A DNA stretch of 59,083 nt from a virus (lineage: Duplodnaviria > Caudoviricetes), in IMG/VR virus record IMGVR_UViG_3300032278_002689, positions 1-59,083 of that record; one strand, 5' to 3'. A model generated the notes under the pieces. It made no database searches. It was not told the origin of the DNA and worked only from the letters and a program-made list of their open reading frames with translations. A program made the translations under genes and the position numbers. Each line of letters opens with the position of its first letter. The stretch's first letter is position 1. This document shows positions 28,743-38,421 of this stretch, one piece after another.

Positions 28743-29440
28743 AATTCCTGTACTGGTGATTCATGTAATTCATAATGTTTGATTTCTTTCATATTTTCAT
28801 TATTATAAAGATGTGATGTATTAAATAATGTCACCTTATTTTTTAATTGATAATTTTCTTTATTATAATTTGAAAATACTTCTTTTTCCCACAAATTCAA
28901 TCTACCATTTCTATGATGTTGATAAAACAAATATTTGTCTAAACTCTTATATGTCCACTTTATTTTTTCCCAATTTTCTTTAGTATATTTTAAGAGCCAA
29001 GTGGCTGTTCCTTTGTCCCATGCAACAAATGATGAATTTGTATGACAAGACACTCCTCTGCCATAATTAAATAAACTTATCTCTTCATAATCATTCCAAT
29101 AATTCCATATAAATGTAATATTATGATGTTTTCTTGTTATTAGCTCAGTTACATCTTCATGCACTAATACATCTAAATCTATCCAAAAGTTTTTATCATA
29201 TTCATCATTATCAATAAGAAATAATTTTTCATAAGTAAAAACTCTCTTTGTATCATATGGTCTAAGTTCTTGAATATCTTTTATTTCGATTTTAGAAGAT
29301 ATCCCTTTAGAATCATCAGTATAACACACAAAATGAAATGGTATTTGACAATGTTTCAGCAATCCACCATACGTTCTATTAACATAGTCAGAATTATATT
29401 TTGTGCCCCATTTAAGACAATTTATTTTAATATTATTCAT
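28715..29440 (-). CDS. GT-A-like glycosyltransferase
   Basis: CLKWGTKY...YVN...FVCYTDD...WIDLDV...NSSFVAW...DKYL. Start at ATG 29440. Confidence 0.7.
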   Translation of the reverse strand: MNNIKINCLKWGTKYNSDYVNRTYGGLLKHCQIPFHFVCYTDDSKGISSKIEIKDIQELRPYDTKRVFTYEKLFLIDNDEYDKNFWIDLDVLVHEDVTELITRKHHNITFIWNYWNDYEEISLFNYGRGVSCHTNSSFVAWDKGTATWLLKYTKENWEKIKWTYKSLDKYLFYQHHRNGRLNLWEKEVFSNYNKENYQLKNKVTLFNTSHLYNNENMKEIKHYELHESPVQELWKSYSIGL

Positions 29441-30263
29441 AAATAAACATCGGTGGAGGGGGTTCAGACCCTTGATGTTCAGCAAATGGATCATCATATG
29501 CTGTATATACAAACCAACTAGAATCTGGTTCTTCCTTATTTAAAATATCACTACAAAACAATGCAAATTTTTCATTCTGTTCTACTGTCATATGATTATC
29601 AAGTACATCCTTCGGCGGACCGTGATATTTTCCTACCATATATGATATCGGTGTTGACACATAGTAAAAATTATATGTATTTAAATATTCAAAATCTAAA
29701 TCATGTAATAACTTAGTAGATTTAATATTAAAATTTTTATATTTAGAAGTAAAATGATCAAGACTGAAACAGGTAAAAACTAAAAAATTATATTTTTTAA
29801 ATTGTTTAGATAACAAATGTAAAAATGTGATATTTTTTACATTTTCATATAGATACATCGGTCCCAAAGTATTAGCAACTGCTTTTATTTCAGACTTATA
29901 ATTTTTATATTGTCTTCCTCGTTCGGGATTAGCAAACCTCGATGGGAGAGTGTCAGGAAGCGGCATGTTTTCTGCTAATAAAAACTGACCATCTGCATGA
30001 CCATCTTTTTCCAACCAAGGAAATTCCATTCTTTTTTGATCAGATAATAAAACTATAATAGTGTCTTGATGTTCTGGAGCATAAGTAAGCCTGGAGGAGG
30101 GGTCTTCTAAATGGGTTATTAATTTTCTTAAACTCCAATTAGGACCTGTTCCTCCCTGACCATTACAAATCACTTCTTGATTTTGTAATTTTTCCAATTC
30201 GAATGGCCAAGTTCCAGGTTCATAATTCTCACCAAAACTATCAGAATATACGTGTATAGTCAT
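29433..30263 (-). CDS. SGNH/GDSL-like hydrolase or acyltransferase
   Basis: VYSDSFG (block I Ser)...W...NGQGGTG...DNHM. Start at ATG 30263. Confidence 0.55.
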   Translation of the reverse strand: MTIHVYSDSFGENYEPGTWPFELEKLQNQEVICNGQGGTGPNWSLRKLITHLEDPSSRLTYAPEHQDTIIVLLSDQKRMEFPWLEKDGHADGQFLLAENMPLPDTLPSRFANPERGRQYKNYKSEIKAVANTLGPMYLYENVKNITFLHLLSKQFKKYNFLVFTCFSLDHFTSKYKNFNIKSTKLLHDLDFEYLNTYNFYYVSTPISYMVGKYHGPPKDVLDNHMTVEQNEKFALFCSDILNKEEPDSSWFVYTAYDDPFAEHQGSEPPPPMFIYE

Positions 30264-30264
30264 A

Positions 30265-31305
30265 TTATTTCCACTGATCTCTAAATGCATCAAATCCCGT
30301 ACCGCATTTCTCTGAACAAACTTGAGATTTTCCTTGTGAACAAGAAGTTAAATTCCAAGACTGTTCAATCTTTTTGAAAAAATTTCCTTCTATAATTTCA
30401 TTTAAGGGTTTATGTAAAGCATTAATATTTTTAATATCGTCTATATAAGACCACATTTGATTCTCTCCTATTTGTTCATATGCTTTATATAATTTTCCAG
30501 CAGTCCAGCAACAAGGAGTAACCAAGCCCTCTGCTGAAATGTATATTTCTCTAGCATCTATCGATTTACATTTTATATCAGTATCATCTAAGTAATCTTG
30601 AAAAGTACCATGAGTCTTAATCAATTTATCATATTCATTTACACTCTTATTCTGATGTTCTGTCTTAATTGGTGGTTTAATCTCATTCCCTTTACTGGTT
30701 ATCTTTTTATCAATCTTATCGCCTTTATAGCTTTGTACCCATCTTCCAGTTTTTTTCTTCTGAAACTCAAGTCCAAATAATTTAGCCATACGTTCTGCTT
30801 CTTCCACTTGATGCTCATTATGTTCAAATATTAAAAACACCCATGTTCCTTTACCTCCTGCTTGAGTAAAAACATCCATTGAGTTTTCAACTCGTTTCCA
30901 ATCTACATTTACTCGATATAAATGATTCGTATCTTCCAAACCGTCTACTGAAAAAGATACTTTGCCATTATCACCAAAAAGTTCTGCAAGTCTTTTCCAC
31001 CAATCGTCTGATCGTCCTCCGGCATTTGTAATCATCTGAAGATGCAGTTCATTATTATTATAGCGCAACCATTCATATATGTCAAGTGTATCTTTTGCAA
31101 TCATAGGATCTCCATGATTACCACACATGAGAAAACTATTCAATTGTTGTACAAAATTAATATCAATGATTTGTTTAAATTGTTCAATAGAAATTTCAGC
31201 ATTCTTTATATGTGGATTATTTGTTCTATCGCACATAGGACACGATGCTTGACATCTTTGGGTAGGCTCAAAATGTATATGTTTTATTTCGTTAAGTTTG
31301 TACAT
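30265..31305 (-). CDS. Radical SAM protein with C-terminal SPASM/twitch-type domain
   Basis: CQASCPMC (CX3CX2C), CGNHGDP, FSVDG; C-terminal C...PCCW...CSEKC. Confidence 0.9.
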   Translation of the reverse strand: MYKLNEIKHIHFEPTQRCQASCPMCDRTNNPHIKNAEISIEQFKQIIDINFVQQLNSFLMCGNHGDPMIAKDTLDIYEWLRYNNNELHLQMITNAGGRSDDWWKRLAELFGDNGKVSFSVDGLEDTNHLYRVNVDWKRVENSMDVFTQAGGKGTWVFLIFEHNEHQVEEAERMAKLFGLEFQKKKTGRWVQSYKGDKIDKKITSKGNEIKPPIKTEHQNKSVNEYDKLIKTHGTFQDYLDDTDIKCKSIDAREIYISAEGLVTPCCWTAGKLYKAYEQIGENQMWSYIDDIKNINALHKPLNEIIEGNFFKKIEQSWNLTSCSQGKSQVCSEKCGTGFDAFRDQWK

Positions 31306-32348
31306 TTTTCTTTCAATTTAGTCAAACATTCTTCAAAATTTCCTGAACAAAAATGACCTTGGTTATTAAACTCTTCAATAAATGCAGGAAGGTTCGTATA
31401 CGCAATGGTATCGATATTCATTGCTCTAGACAAATGAGTCCACATTCCTTCTGATGCTATTAATAATACACTTTTAGATAATAATTCTACATTTTTTTTA
31501 AAATTTACATCTTCTAAGCGAACAAAATAATAATCAGAACGATGAAGATAATGTATTAAATAATCTTTAAGTTGATTAAATGTTTTTTCTTCTTCTAATG
31601 TAATTATTTTGTTGTTCTCCCTTTCCCTCCCAACATAAAACATAAACGTTATAAATTTCTTTTTTACAGTTTTATCAAAATTTATAGGCCAATATTTTCC
31701 ATGATCATAAAGATGACGATTATGATATCCATATATTTCATTTTTCATATTATAATTTAAACAACTAACATTACCAGTAATATTTTTTCTCTTCTGGTAT
31801 GATTTACGAGAAATGTTTTCGGAGAGATTCGGATCAAGTGGATCCACATGTTCTTGTTCTATTACATTTGAAATTATTGGTACTTGTATTGATGGTCTTT
31901 CAAAATGAAAAAAATCTATAACCTCATAAAAATCCGTAAAATTTAAAAGTAGTTCACGTTGTGATGTTCTCCTTGTATTAAAATACATTTCTACAATAAA
32001 ACGACTGAGGTTCGTGCAGTTATTGCAATGCCGCATGTTCTTATAGATATTCATCTCTTTCATAGTATAAAGAATATTTGAAACCATAATAAATCTGTCC
32101 CCCAATCCAGTATCATTTACTATAAATTTAAAAATAAAAGACAGTACTTCCTCTTCAGGAAATTTTCGATATTTCTGTACATACCATTTAATTACATTTT
32201 TATAAAATTGTTGACTGTCATTATCCGCTTTAAATTGTGTTATAAAACTATTAGTGGCACCACACACAGATAATATTTTAGAAGAATAAATCTGCAACTC
32301 TCGCAAAGAATAATCTTGTATAGTGTTATCGATTAATTTCTCGTTCAT
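31284..32348 (-). CDS. Hypothetical fusion: small helical N-domain + GT-B-like glycosyltransferase domain
   Basis: TGLGDRF and ASEGMWTHLSRAMNI resemble GT9/GT11-type donor-binding motifs. Confidence 0.45.
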   Translation of the reverse strand: MNEKLIDNTIQDYSLRELQIYSSKILSVCGATNSFITQFKADNDSQQFYKNVIKWYVQKYRKFPEEEVLSFIFKFIVNDTGLGDRFIMVSNILYTMKEMNIYKNMRHCNNCTNLSRFIVEMYFNTRRTSQRELLLNFTDFYEVIDFFHFERPSIQVPIISNVIEQEHVDPLDPNLSENISRKSYQKRKNITGNVSCLNYNMKNEIYGYHNRHLYDHGKYWPINFDKTVKKKFITFMFYVGRERENNKIITLEEEKTFNQLKDYLIHYLHRSDYYFVRLEDVNFKKNVELLSKSVLLIASEGMWTHLSRAMNIDTIAYTNLPAFIEEFNNQGHFCSGNFEECLTKLKEKCTNLTK

Positions 32349-33723
32349 AACTTTCCAAAATGTTAATTAAAGAAGAATCCAGAAAATCTTTATAACTTTG
32401 ATTTCTCGTTTCATCTAATAATGATATTTCAGTATATAAACGAGAAATATCACACACATTATTCGTTATTGCATTTTCGATCAACGACAATAATTTATCA
32501 ATCTCATAATGAAAATATTTGCTTGAATGCATATATTCATATTTTTTTGTTCTAAATTCTTCAAATCCATCTTTATATTTTATAATATTTTTTTGTATTG
32601 TTTCTAAATAAGTAATTGGCAAATTTATAATATCAATTCCTCTACCATGAGGTCTTACTTCAGAAATAAAAACATTACATCTAATCTTGTTATGAAACAT
32701 TAAGGCGATCCACTCTAAAAAATCAACTATATTACCTAAATTTAAAGCAGATAAAACTAAGTTCACATTTATTGCATATAGGTTTGTAGAATTTTTATAC
32801 CATTGTTTTAACTTCTTTTCTAATATTAAAAAATTTGATTTATGTCTTATATAATCATACGTACTATCAACCCCATCAATACTAAATGAGTGTCTTTGAA
32901 TTTTGAATTTATTCATCAATTTTATAATATCATCTGTGATCAACATTCCATTTGTAGTTAAACACAATTCTGTTTCTTTACTATTTCCAGTATTAACAAA
33001 TTTTTGCAATAAATTAATAATGTTTTTATCGTATAAAGGTTCCCCTCCAGAGGCTTTAAATATTTTTATCTTATCAGTATTTTTATAAATCCATCGAATT
33101 AAATAATTTTCATTAACGTTCCTAGGTAAATTATGAGAATTTAAAGAATTGTTAGCCGCCATCTCAAATATCTCAAATTTTTTATTTTTCTTTAATTTAT
33201 CTACATCCTCAGCTATTTGATGGGAAGAGCCCACATTACACATTCTACAAGCAAGATTGCATTTATTGGAAAGTGAAATATCTATTTCTTTTAAATCTGT
33301 TTTAAATTCTTCTGAAAATTGCCATCTAGTGTACATTCTATGAGACATTATTCCTTTATCTTCTTGATTCCAACACGTACTACATCTAGGATCACGTTTA
33401 TTATTTAAAAGATTTTTTCTAAGATCCTCAAATTTTTCATGATGAAAAATATCGTAAGGAGACAGTCCCCTTAATTCTTCTTCAGTCAAAATTGAATTAT
33501 ATTCTTCCGCAAGTATAAAATGTTCCCCTGTTTCTAGTTGGAGACAATCTTCTGAAAGATTTGTACTAGATTCCAAAGAAAATCTTTTCGTCTCTTTAGT
33601 ATCATGCATCATACAACATGGTGCAACTGCTTTTAATTCATTACTACCTTTTTTCCATAATTTAAAAACCATAGCATAAAAGGGATAGAAACAAAAACTG
33701 TTATCTTTAGAGGGAATCATCAT
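32326..33723 (-). CDS. Radical SAM protein with N-terminal twitch-type Cys domain
   Basis: FCFYPF...PCC...CSTCW, then CNLACRMC, GGEP, TTNG, SIDG. Confidence 0.9.
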   Translation of the reverse strand: MMIPSKDNSFCFYPFYAMVFKLWKKGSNELKAVAPCCMMHDTKETKRFSLESSTNLSEDCLQLETGEHFILAEEYNSILTEEELRGLSPYDIFHHEKFEDLRKNLLNNKRDPRCSTCWNQEDKGIMSHRMYTRWQFSEEFKTDLKEIDISLSNKCNLACRMCNVGSSHQIAEDVDKLKKNKKFEIFEMAANNSLNSHNLPRNVNENYLIRWIYKNTDKIKIFKASGGEPLYDKNIINLLQKFVNTGNSKETELCLTTNGMLITDDIIKLMNKFKIQRHSFSIDGVDSTYDYIRHKSNFLILEKKLKQWYKNSTNLYAINVNLVLSALNLGNIVDFLEWIALMFHNKIRCNVFISEVRPHGRGIDIINLPITYLETIQKNIIKYKDGFEEFRTKKYEYMHSSKYFHYEIDKLLSLIENAITNNVCDISRLYTEISLLDETRNQSYKDFLDSSLINILESYEREINR

Positions 33724-34829
33724 ATATTTTCCAATCTCGCTTTCAAATCTTCATAAGACTTAAATTTCCATAATGGTAAACTACAATTTGATTTCTTTTT
33801 TGGGATTTTACTATCAGCAGAACTTACACATGCATTCGTAATACATTCTTTTGGCGAGTTAAATAATTTAAATCCTGTTTCAATATTTCCTAAAGGAACA
33901 TCTCCGCAAGAATAAGACCGCTTAATGCTCCCATCAGGCTCACGAATAATACAACTGCGATAACCAGAAGAACAAGTCCACCCTTTGAAATTATTAAAAT
34001 TGAATGCATTAAATCTTTCTGCTTGGTCAAGATACCATTCATTACCTTCATCATCATTCATAACAATTTCAAATTCTTGATGAATATTTTTGAGTTTTTT
34101 TGATTTGACCTCCATATTTGTAATCTGAGGCATACCATTATGTAGCACCTGCATTTGTTCTTTTGTATATCCATCAACAACAAATGATGCAGTAGGATCA
34201 CTCTGAGGTTTAAGTGTTACGTTTATGCCTCGTTCATAAAAATATAATAAATCTTTATATATTTCGTCAAACGTATCTGGCACCATAACAGAATTGATAG
34301 TCACCCTTACACCATTACGTTGACAAAAATCAAGTTTCTCTGCAAACTCTTCAAGTTTATTTTGAGTAATATATTCACGATGAAATGATGCAGTAATAGA
34401 TGCTCTTGAAAATTTAGATGCTGATTTAACATATCGTTCAAACCATTTCATAGGACGAGAACAATTTGAAGTCATATGAACGGATGTATAATTTGTATTT
34501 TCTACATCATCAGCAAGATATTCAAGTATATCTAGATATGCTGGATGAAAGGTGGGCTCACCGCCAGATAGACTAAAATGAAAACTATTAAAATTTCGTT
34601 CTCTGGCTTGTCGCTTAATTTCGTCAATCGTTTTGAGGCATACACCAGTAGGTCTATGATCTTTTGTATTACTTCTAGCATATGGCCAACAATATGAACA
34701 TCTGTAATTACAAAATCTACCTAACAACCACGAAACTGAAAACAAATCGGTCTCCAACATTTTCCAAGTTCCAACTCGTTCAATTTTATTCCAAGGTATC
34801 TTGGTAAAATCATATTCACTATGTTTCAT
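33720..34829 (-). CDS. Radical SAM protein (GRxC subfamily) with Cys-rich C-domain and gp32-derived tail
   Basis: GRFCNYRCSYC, SGGEPT; CSSG...SC...CITNAC; ends FKSYEDLKARLENI. Confidence 0.9.
   Translation of the reverse strand: MKHSEYDFTKIPWNKIERVGTWKMLETDLFSVSWLLGRFCNYRCSYCWPYARSNTKDHRPTGVCLKTIDEIKRQARERNFNSFHFSLSGGEPTFHPAYLDILEYLADDVENTNYTSVHMTSNCSRPMKWFERYVKSASKFSRASITASFHREYITQNKLEEFAEKLDFCQRNGVRVTINSVMVPDTFDEIYKDLLYFYERGINVTLKPQSDPTASFVVDGYTKEQMQVLHNGMPQITNMEVKSKKLKNIHQEFEIVMNDDEGNEWYLDQAERFNAFNFNNFKGWTCSSGYRSCIIREPDGSIKRSYSCGDVPLGNIETGFKLFNSPKECITNACVSSADSKIPKKKSNCSLPLWKFKSYEDLKARLENI
33730..33766. repeat. 37-nt exact direct repeat, copy 2 (3' end of radical SAM gene)
   Basis: Identical to 13826-13862, same strand and same reading frame (FKSYEDLKARL). 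Confidence 0.95.
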
Positions 34830-35758
34830 TTAACACCTATAGTTTCATCAACAAAAATATCTCGTTTTTTCTGCTTGCAAGTTTTCCAACATTTTTCTAC
34901 AGGATTTGTTGACCAAGAATCTACAACATATTCAAATAATTCGCCGGTCAATACTTCTGATATAGTATTATATCTAAGATTATTAGACAATACATTTCCT
35001 AATTCCATATATTTCGTTCCAAATTTAGTTTTGGGTTTTTTATTCGCATGAAGTTCTAATGCTTCAGAGTTTAAAAAACAACAAGGAATTAATGCTCCTG
35101 TATGATTTATAAAAAGTCGCTTTTGATTTCCATATTTACAAAAAATTTCTTGTTCTTCGACTACTTGTTTTTCAACTTCACCACTTCCTTTTCTGTGTGA
35201 AAAGATAGTTCTAAAATTTTTAAATCCCTCTTTATCTGAAATCTTTTTTGCTTCTTCAAGAAGATGTTCATTATGATCAAATACTATAAATTGCCATGTA
35301 GCATTACCTCCCGCTTTGATAAATGCTCTATAATTTTCTTGCACCTTTTTAAAATTAGACCCAATTCTATATTTTTCCAATGATTTTTGATCTGTTCCAT
35401 CAAGTCCGAAAAATACGGATACACCATATTCTCCCAATCTCTTCCAAAAATCTTTTGTTTTAGTCGATCCATTAGAAGCAATATTGACTTCTGAAAATTC
35501 CAAAAAATATTCTACTATTTTTAACATTTCAGGATGAGTAGTAGGCTCATCTACAGATCCACAAAAATTCATTAATTTTAAACTAGGAAATTTCTCTTTT
35601 GAAATCCATTTTTGTAAATCTGAAAAGTTTATCATATCCTTGTCCAGAATAGATTCAACTTGTTTTCTTTTTTCCTGTCTCAAACAACCTGGACACGCTA
35701 TATTACAGAATGATGTTAATTCAATATCAATCCACTCTACTGTTTCAATTTTCCACAT
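34826..35758 (-). CDS. Radical SAM protein with C-terminal SPASM/twitch-type domain
   Basis: CNIACPGC, CGSVDEP, FGLDG; C...PCCF...CWKTC. Confidence 0.9.
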   Translation of the reverse strand: MWKIETVEWIDIELTSFCNIACPGCLRQEKRKQVESILDKDMINFSDLQKWISKEKFPSLKLMNFCGSVDEPTTHPEMLKIVEYFLEFSEVNIASNGSTKTKDFWKRLGEYGVSVFFGLDGTDQKSLEKYRIGSNFKKVQENYRAFIKAGGNATWQFIVFDHNEHLLEEAKKISDKEGFKNFRTIFSHRKGSGEVEKQVVEEQEIFCKYGNQKRLFINHTGALIPCCFLNSEALELHANKKPKTKFGTKYMELGNVLSNNLRYNTISEVLTGELFEYVVDSWSTNPVEKCWKTCKQKKRDIFVDETIGVK

Positions 35759-36359
35759 ATTTTTTATATTCTTGTTGTGGTAAGGATGTTAATGTACTTG
35801 CAAGATTCGCACCATCGAATCTCAAAGGAATATGAAAGAAGTTTTTCTTTTTAAAATACAGAAAAAATTCTAATCTATAACAATTATACAGTTCTTTACA
35901 TTTTTCAATTTCATATTCCAAATTTATAGTATAATTTGTAGACCAATAAGTTTTATTCACAACTTCGATAGTCAAATACTCGGTTGGTAATTTATTAATT
36001 ATTTTACAAAGTGTGGTCCACTCATCAAATTCAAAAAGAGATTTCTCTTCATGTGTCGTATTAACAATATGTAAGATTTTTTCATCTTGTCGATTTGTCA
36101 AAAAATTTTCAAGACAATTATAAGATTTCTTATCATCAAACATTGAAGTTGTGATCTTATAATCTAGATATTTTACATCATCCCAATAATCAATATCACT
36201 CTTACCAATTTCTTCATATATCAAATCGCAAGTATTCCAAAAATAACGATGCTTATCAAACATCATATAACATAAATTTTCTTTTTTCTCATCATTAATA
36301 TCAGGTCTATGTATCAATTCACCAGTCTTTTGAGTATCAAAATTTTTAATTATTGACAT
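35745..36359 (-). CDS. Hypothetical protein
   Basis: 204-aa ORF overlapping both neighbours; no motif recognised. Confidence 0.55.
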   Translation of the reverse strand: MSIIKNFDTQKTGELIHRPDINDEKKENLCYMMFDKHRYFWNTCDLIYEEIGKSDIDYWDDVKYLDYKITTSMFDDKKSYNCLENFLTNRQDEKILHIVNTTHEEKSLFEFDEWTTLCKIINKLPTEYLTIEVVNKTYWSTNYTINLEYEIEKCKELYNCYRLEFFLYFKKKNFFHIPLRFDGANLASTLTSLPQQEYKKYVEN

Positions 36360-37345
36360 TAATTTTCAATCTGCTTTATTACTGCTCGTTTTCCTTCATC
36401 TCCGCATGTCAAATAACATCTAGGTAAATGCATAGGATGAAATTTATTCCAACTTTCTTCTAAGGTCTTTTTATACCACTCACTAGATAAAATATCTTTT
36501 ATACTATGTTTATTTAAATCATTAAAATTGTGCCCCACAGATTCAAATAAATGTTTCATAGAATTATTTTTTTGAGCAACATCTTCATCATATAAATGAC
36601 AACAAGGCCACAATCTCTTATTTGCACCAATGTATATTTCTCCCTTTACTTTATGTCTACATACAATTTTTGCATCTTCATATAATTTCTCATATGCTCG
36701 TTTTTCAACTTCTTCATACTTTTCAGCATCAATTTCTTTGGCGGCCCTAGATTTAACTTTAGCAAAATCTGAATTATTTCTCCAACTTTTACGAGTACCA
36801 AACCTCATTCCATGTTCTTTAGCCATTTGTCTAGCAAGATCAATTTCATGTTCATTATAATCAAAAATAATATATTGCCAAATACTATTTCCTCCTGTAG
36901 AATGATAAGCAGTTACATTTTTCCAAACCCTATCCAAATTCACATTTTCTCTGTAGTCATTTCTAGTTGCACCATCAATCGCCCAATGAATATGAAATCT
37001 TTTATTTGAATTTTTAGATAATATCCCCAATTCTTTCCAAAAATCTAATGAACGAGTACCACCATTCGTAGACATTTCAATATCTCGTACATGTTTTTCA
37101 TATAAGAAATAAAAAACAATATCATGCAATTCTGGATTAATCATAGGATCACCTAATACTCCACACATTTTTATTTTAGTATCTGATAAGTCTATATGAT
37201 TAAACCATGACTCAATTTCATCTAATGTTAAATTATTTTTTAAATAATATTTTCCACGTTCATCTAATATAGTACGCATACACGCAGAACACTTTGCATT
37301 ACAATGAGATGATAATTCTATTTCTATAATGTTTATTTTAAACAT
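36359..37345 (-). CDS. Radical SAM protein with C-terminal SPASM/twitch-type domain
   Basis: CNAKCSAC, CGVLGDP, STNGG, AIDG; C...WPCCH...CYLTCG. Confidence 0.9.
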   Translation of the reverse strand: MFKINIIEIELSSHCNAKCSACMRTILDERGKYYLKNNLTLDEIESWFNHIDLSDTKIKMCGVLGDPMINPELHDIVFYFLYEKHVRDIEMSTNGGTRSLDFWKELGILSKNSNKRFHIHWAIDGATRNDYRENVNLDRVWKNVTAYHSTGGNSIWQYIIFDYNEHEIDLARQMAKEHGMRFGTRKSWRNNSDFAKVKSRAAKEIDAEKYEEVEKRAYEKLYEDAKIVCRHKVKGEIYIGANKRLWPCCHLYDEDVAQKNNSMKHLFESVGHNFNDLNKHSIKDILSSEWYKKTLEESWNKFHPMHLPRCYLTCGDEGKRAVIKQIEN

Positions 37346-38421
37346 GATATAACTTGAAAAGATTGATCGGGTATTTCATTTCTTAAATTCAAAAAAGAAA
37401 CGAATTTTTTTAATTCATTAATATATGTTGAATTAAATGAATTGGTTTCAAGAAAATTTTCTAATTCATCTTTAAAATAAACACTATTATTAACAATCAT
37501 ATTTTTACATTCATCTGTTAAAAATGAACAATTTAACATTTCGGGTTGTGATAAAAAATCATAAGAAATATACTTTAACATTGCTTCTAACTCTAAGTCA
37601 TAAATATCCATTAACCAATCTACAGTTTGATCAAAATTTAAGATATTTAAAGAATGAAAAACAAAATGAGGAATTATGTCCATATTATGAAAATTTAAAT
37701 CTAACCATTTCTTATAATTTTTTTCAAATTTCGTAAACTTAGTACCGTATCTTACAAATTCTGCAACCTCATGAATCCCATCAATACTAATATTAAAGTT
37801 GATATGTTTAAATCTTTTTAATTGTTCTATCCATTCTTTATTCGGAAAAACAGAATTATTTGTGACAAAAAATAAATTTATATTTTCAGCATCAATTTTT
37901 TTAAATATATCAATATATCTTTTATCTAAAAATGGTTCTCCACCTAAAATTTTTATTTCATTCAAATCCATGATTTTAAAATCTTCTTCATGAATTGTAT
38001 TATTTACAGTTTGTCCTTTAAAAGTATAATGTGTTCTTTTCAATAATAAATCATCTTCATACCATGAAGAACTAAATTTCGTATTACAATCTACACATTT
38101 ATAATTGCATTTATTACCCAATGCTAATTCCAATTCTTTTATTTTTGGATTATCAATATATTCTTGTTTATACCTTTCATTAAAACGTTGTCTATAACTG
38201 TACTTTCCCAAAGATTCATCTCTATAACATTTATTACATCCTTCTATTTTTTCATCTTTCAACATCTTTTGTCTAAAATCATTATTCTCCTTACTGTTGA
38301 ATGCTTCATGTATAGAATCATGTTCAGAATAAATTCTATCACTAAACATACAACAAGGATTAAACTCACCGAAAGAATTTCTTTGAATATGCACAAAGGG
38401 GGCCATGCAAAAATGTTTCAT
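37333..38421 (-). CDS. Radical SAM protein with N-terminal twitch-type Cys domain
   Basis: FCMAPF...PCC...CNKC; CNYKCVDC, GGEPF, SIDG. Confidence 0.9.
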   Translation of the reverse strand: MKHFCMAPFVHIQRNSFGEFNPCCMFSDRIYSEHDSIHEAFNSKENNDFRQKMLKDEKIEGCNKCYRDESLGKYSYRQRFNERYKQEYIDNPKIKELELALGNKCNYKCVDCNTKFSSSWYEDDLLLKRTHYTFKGQTVNNTIHEEDFKIMDLNEIKILGGEPFLDKRYIDIFKKIDAENINLFFVTNNSVFPNKEWIEQLKRFKHINFNISIDGIHEVAEFVRYGTKFTKFEKNYKKWLDLNFHNMDIIPHFVFHSLNILNFDQTVDWLMDIYDLELEAMLKYISYDFLSQPEMLNCSFLTDECKNMIVNNSVYFKDELENFLETNSFNSTYINELKKFVSFLNLRNEIPDQSFQVISCLK

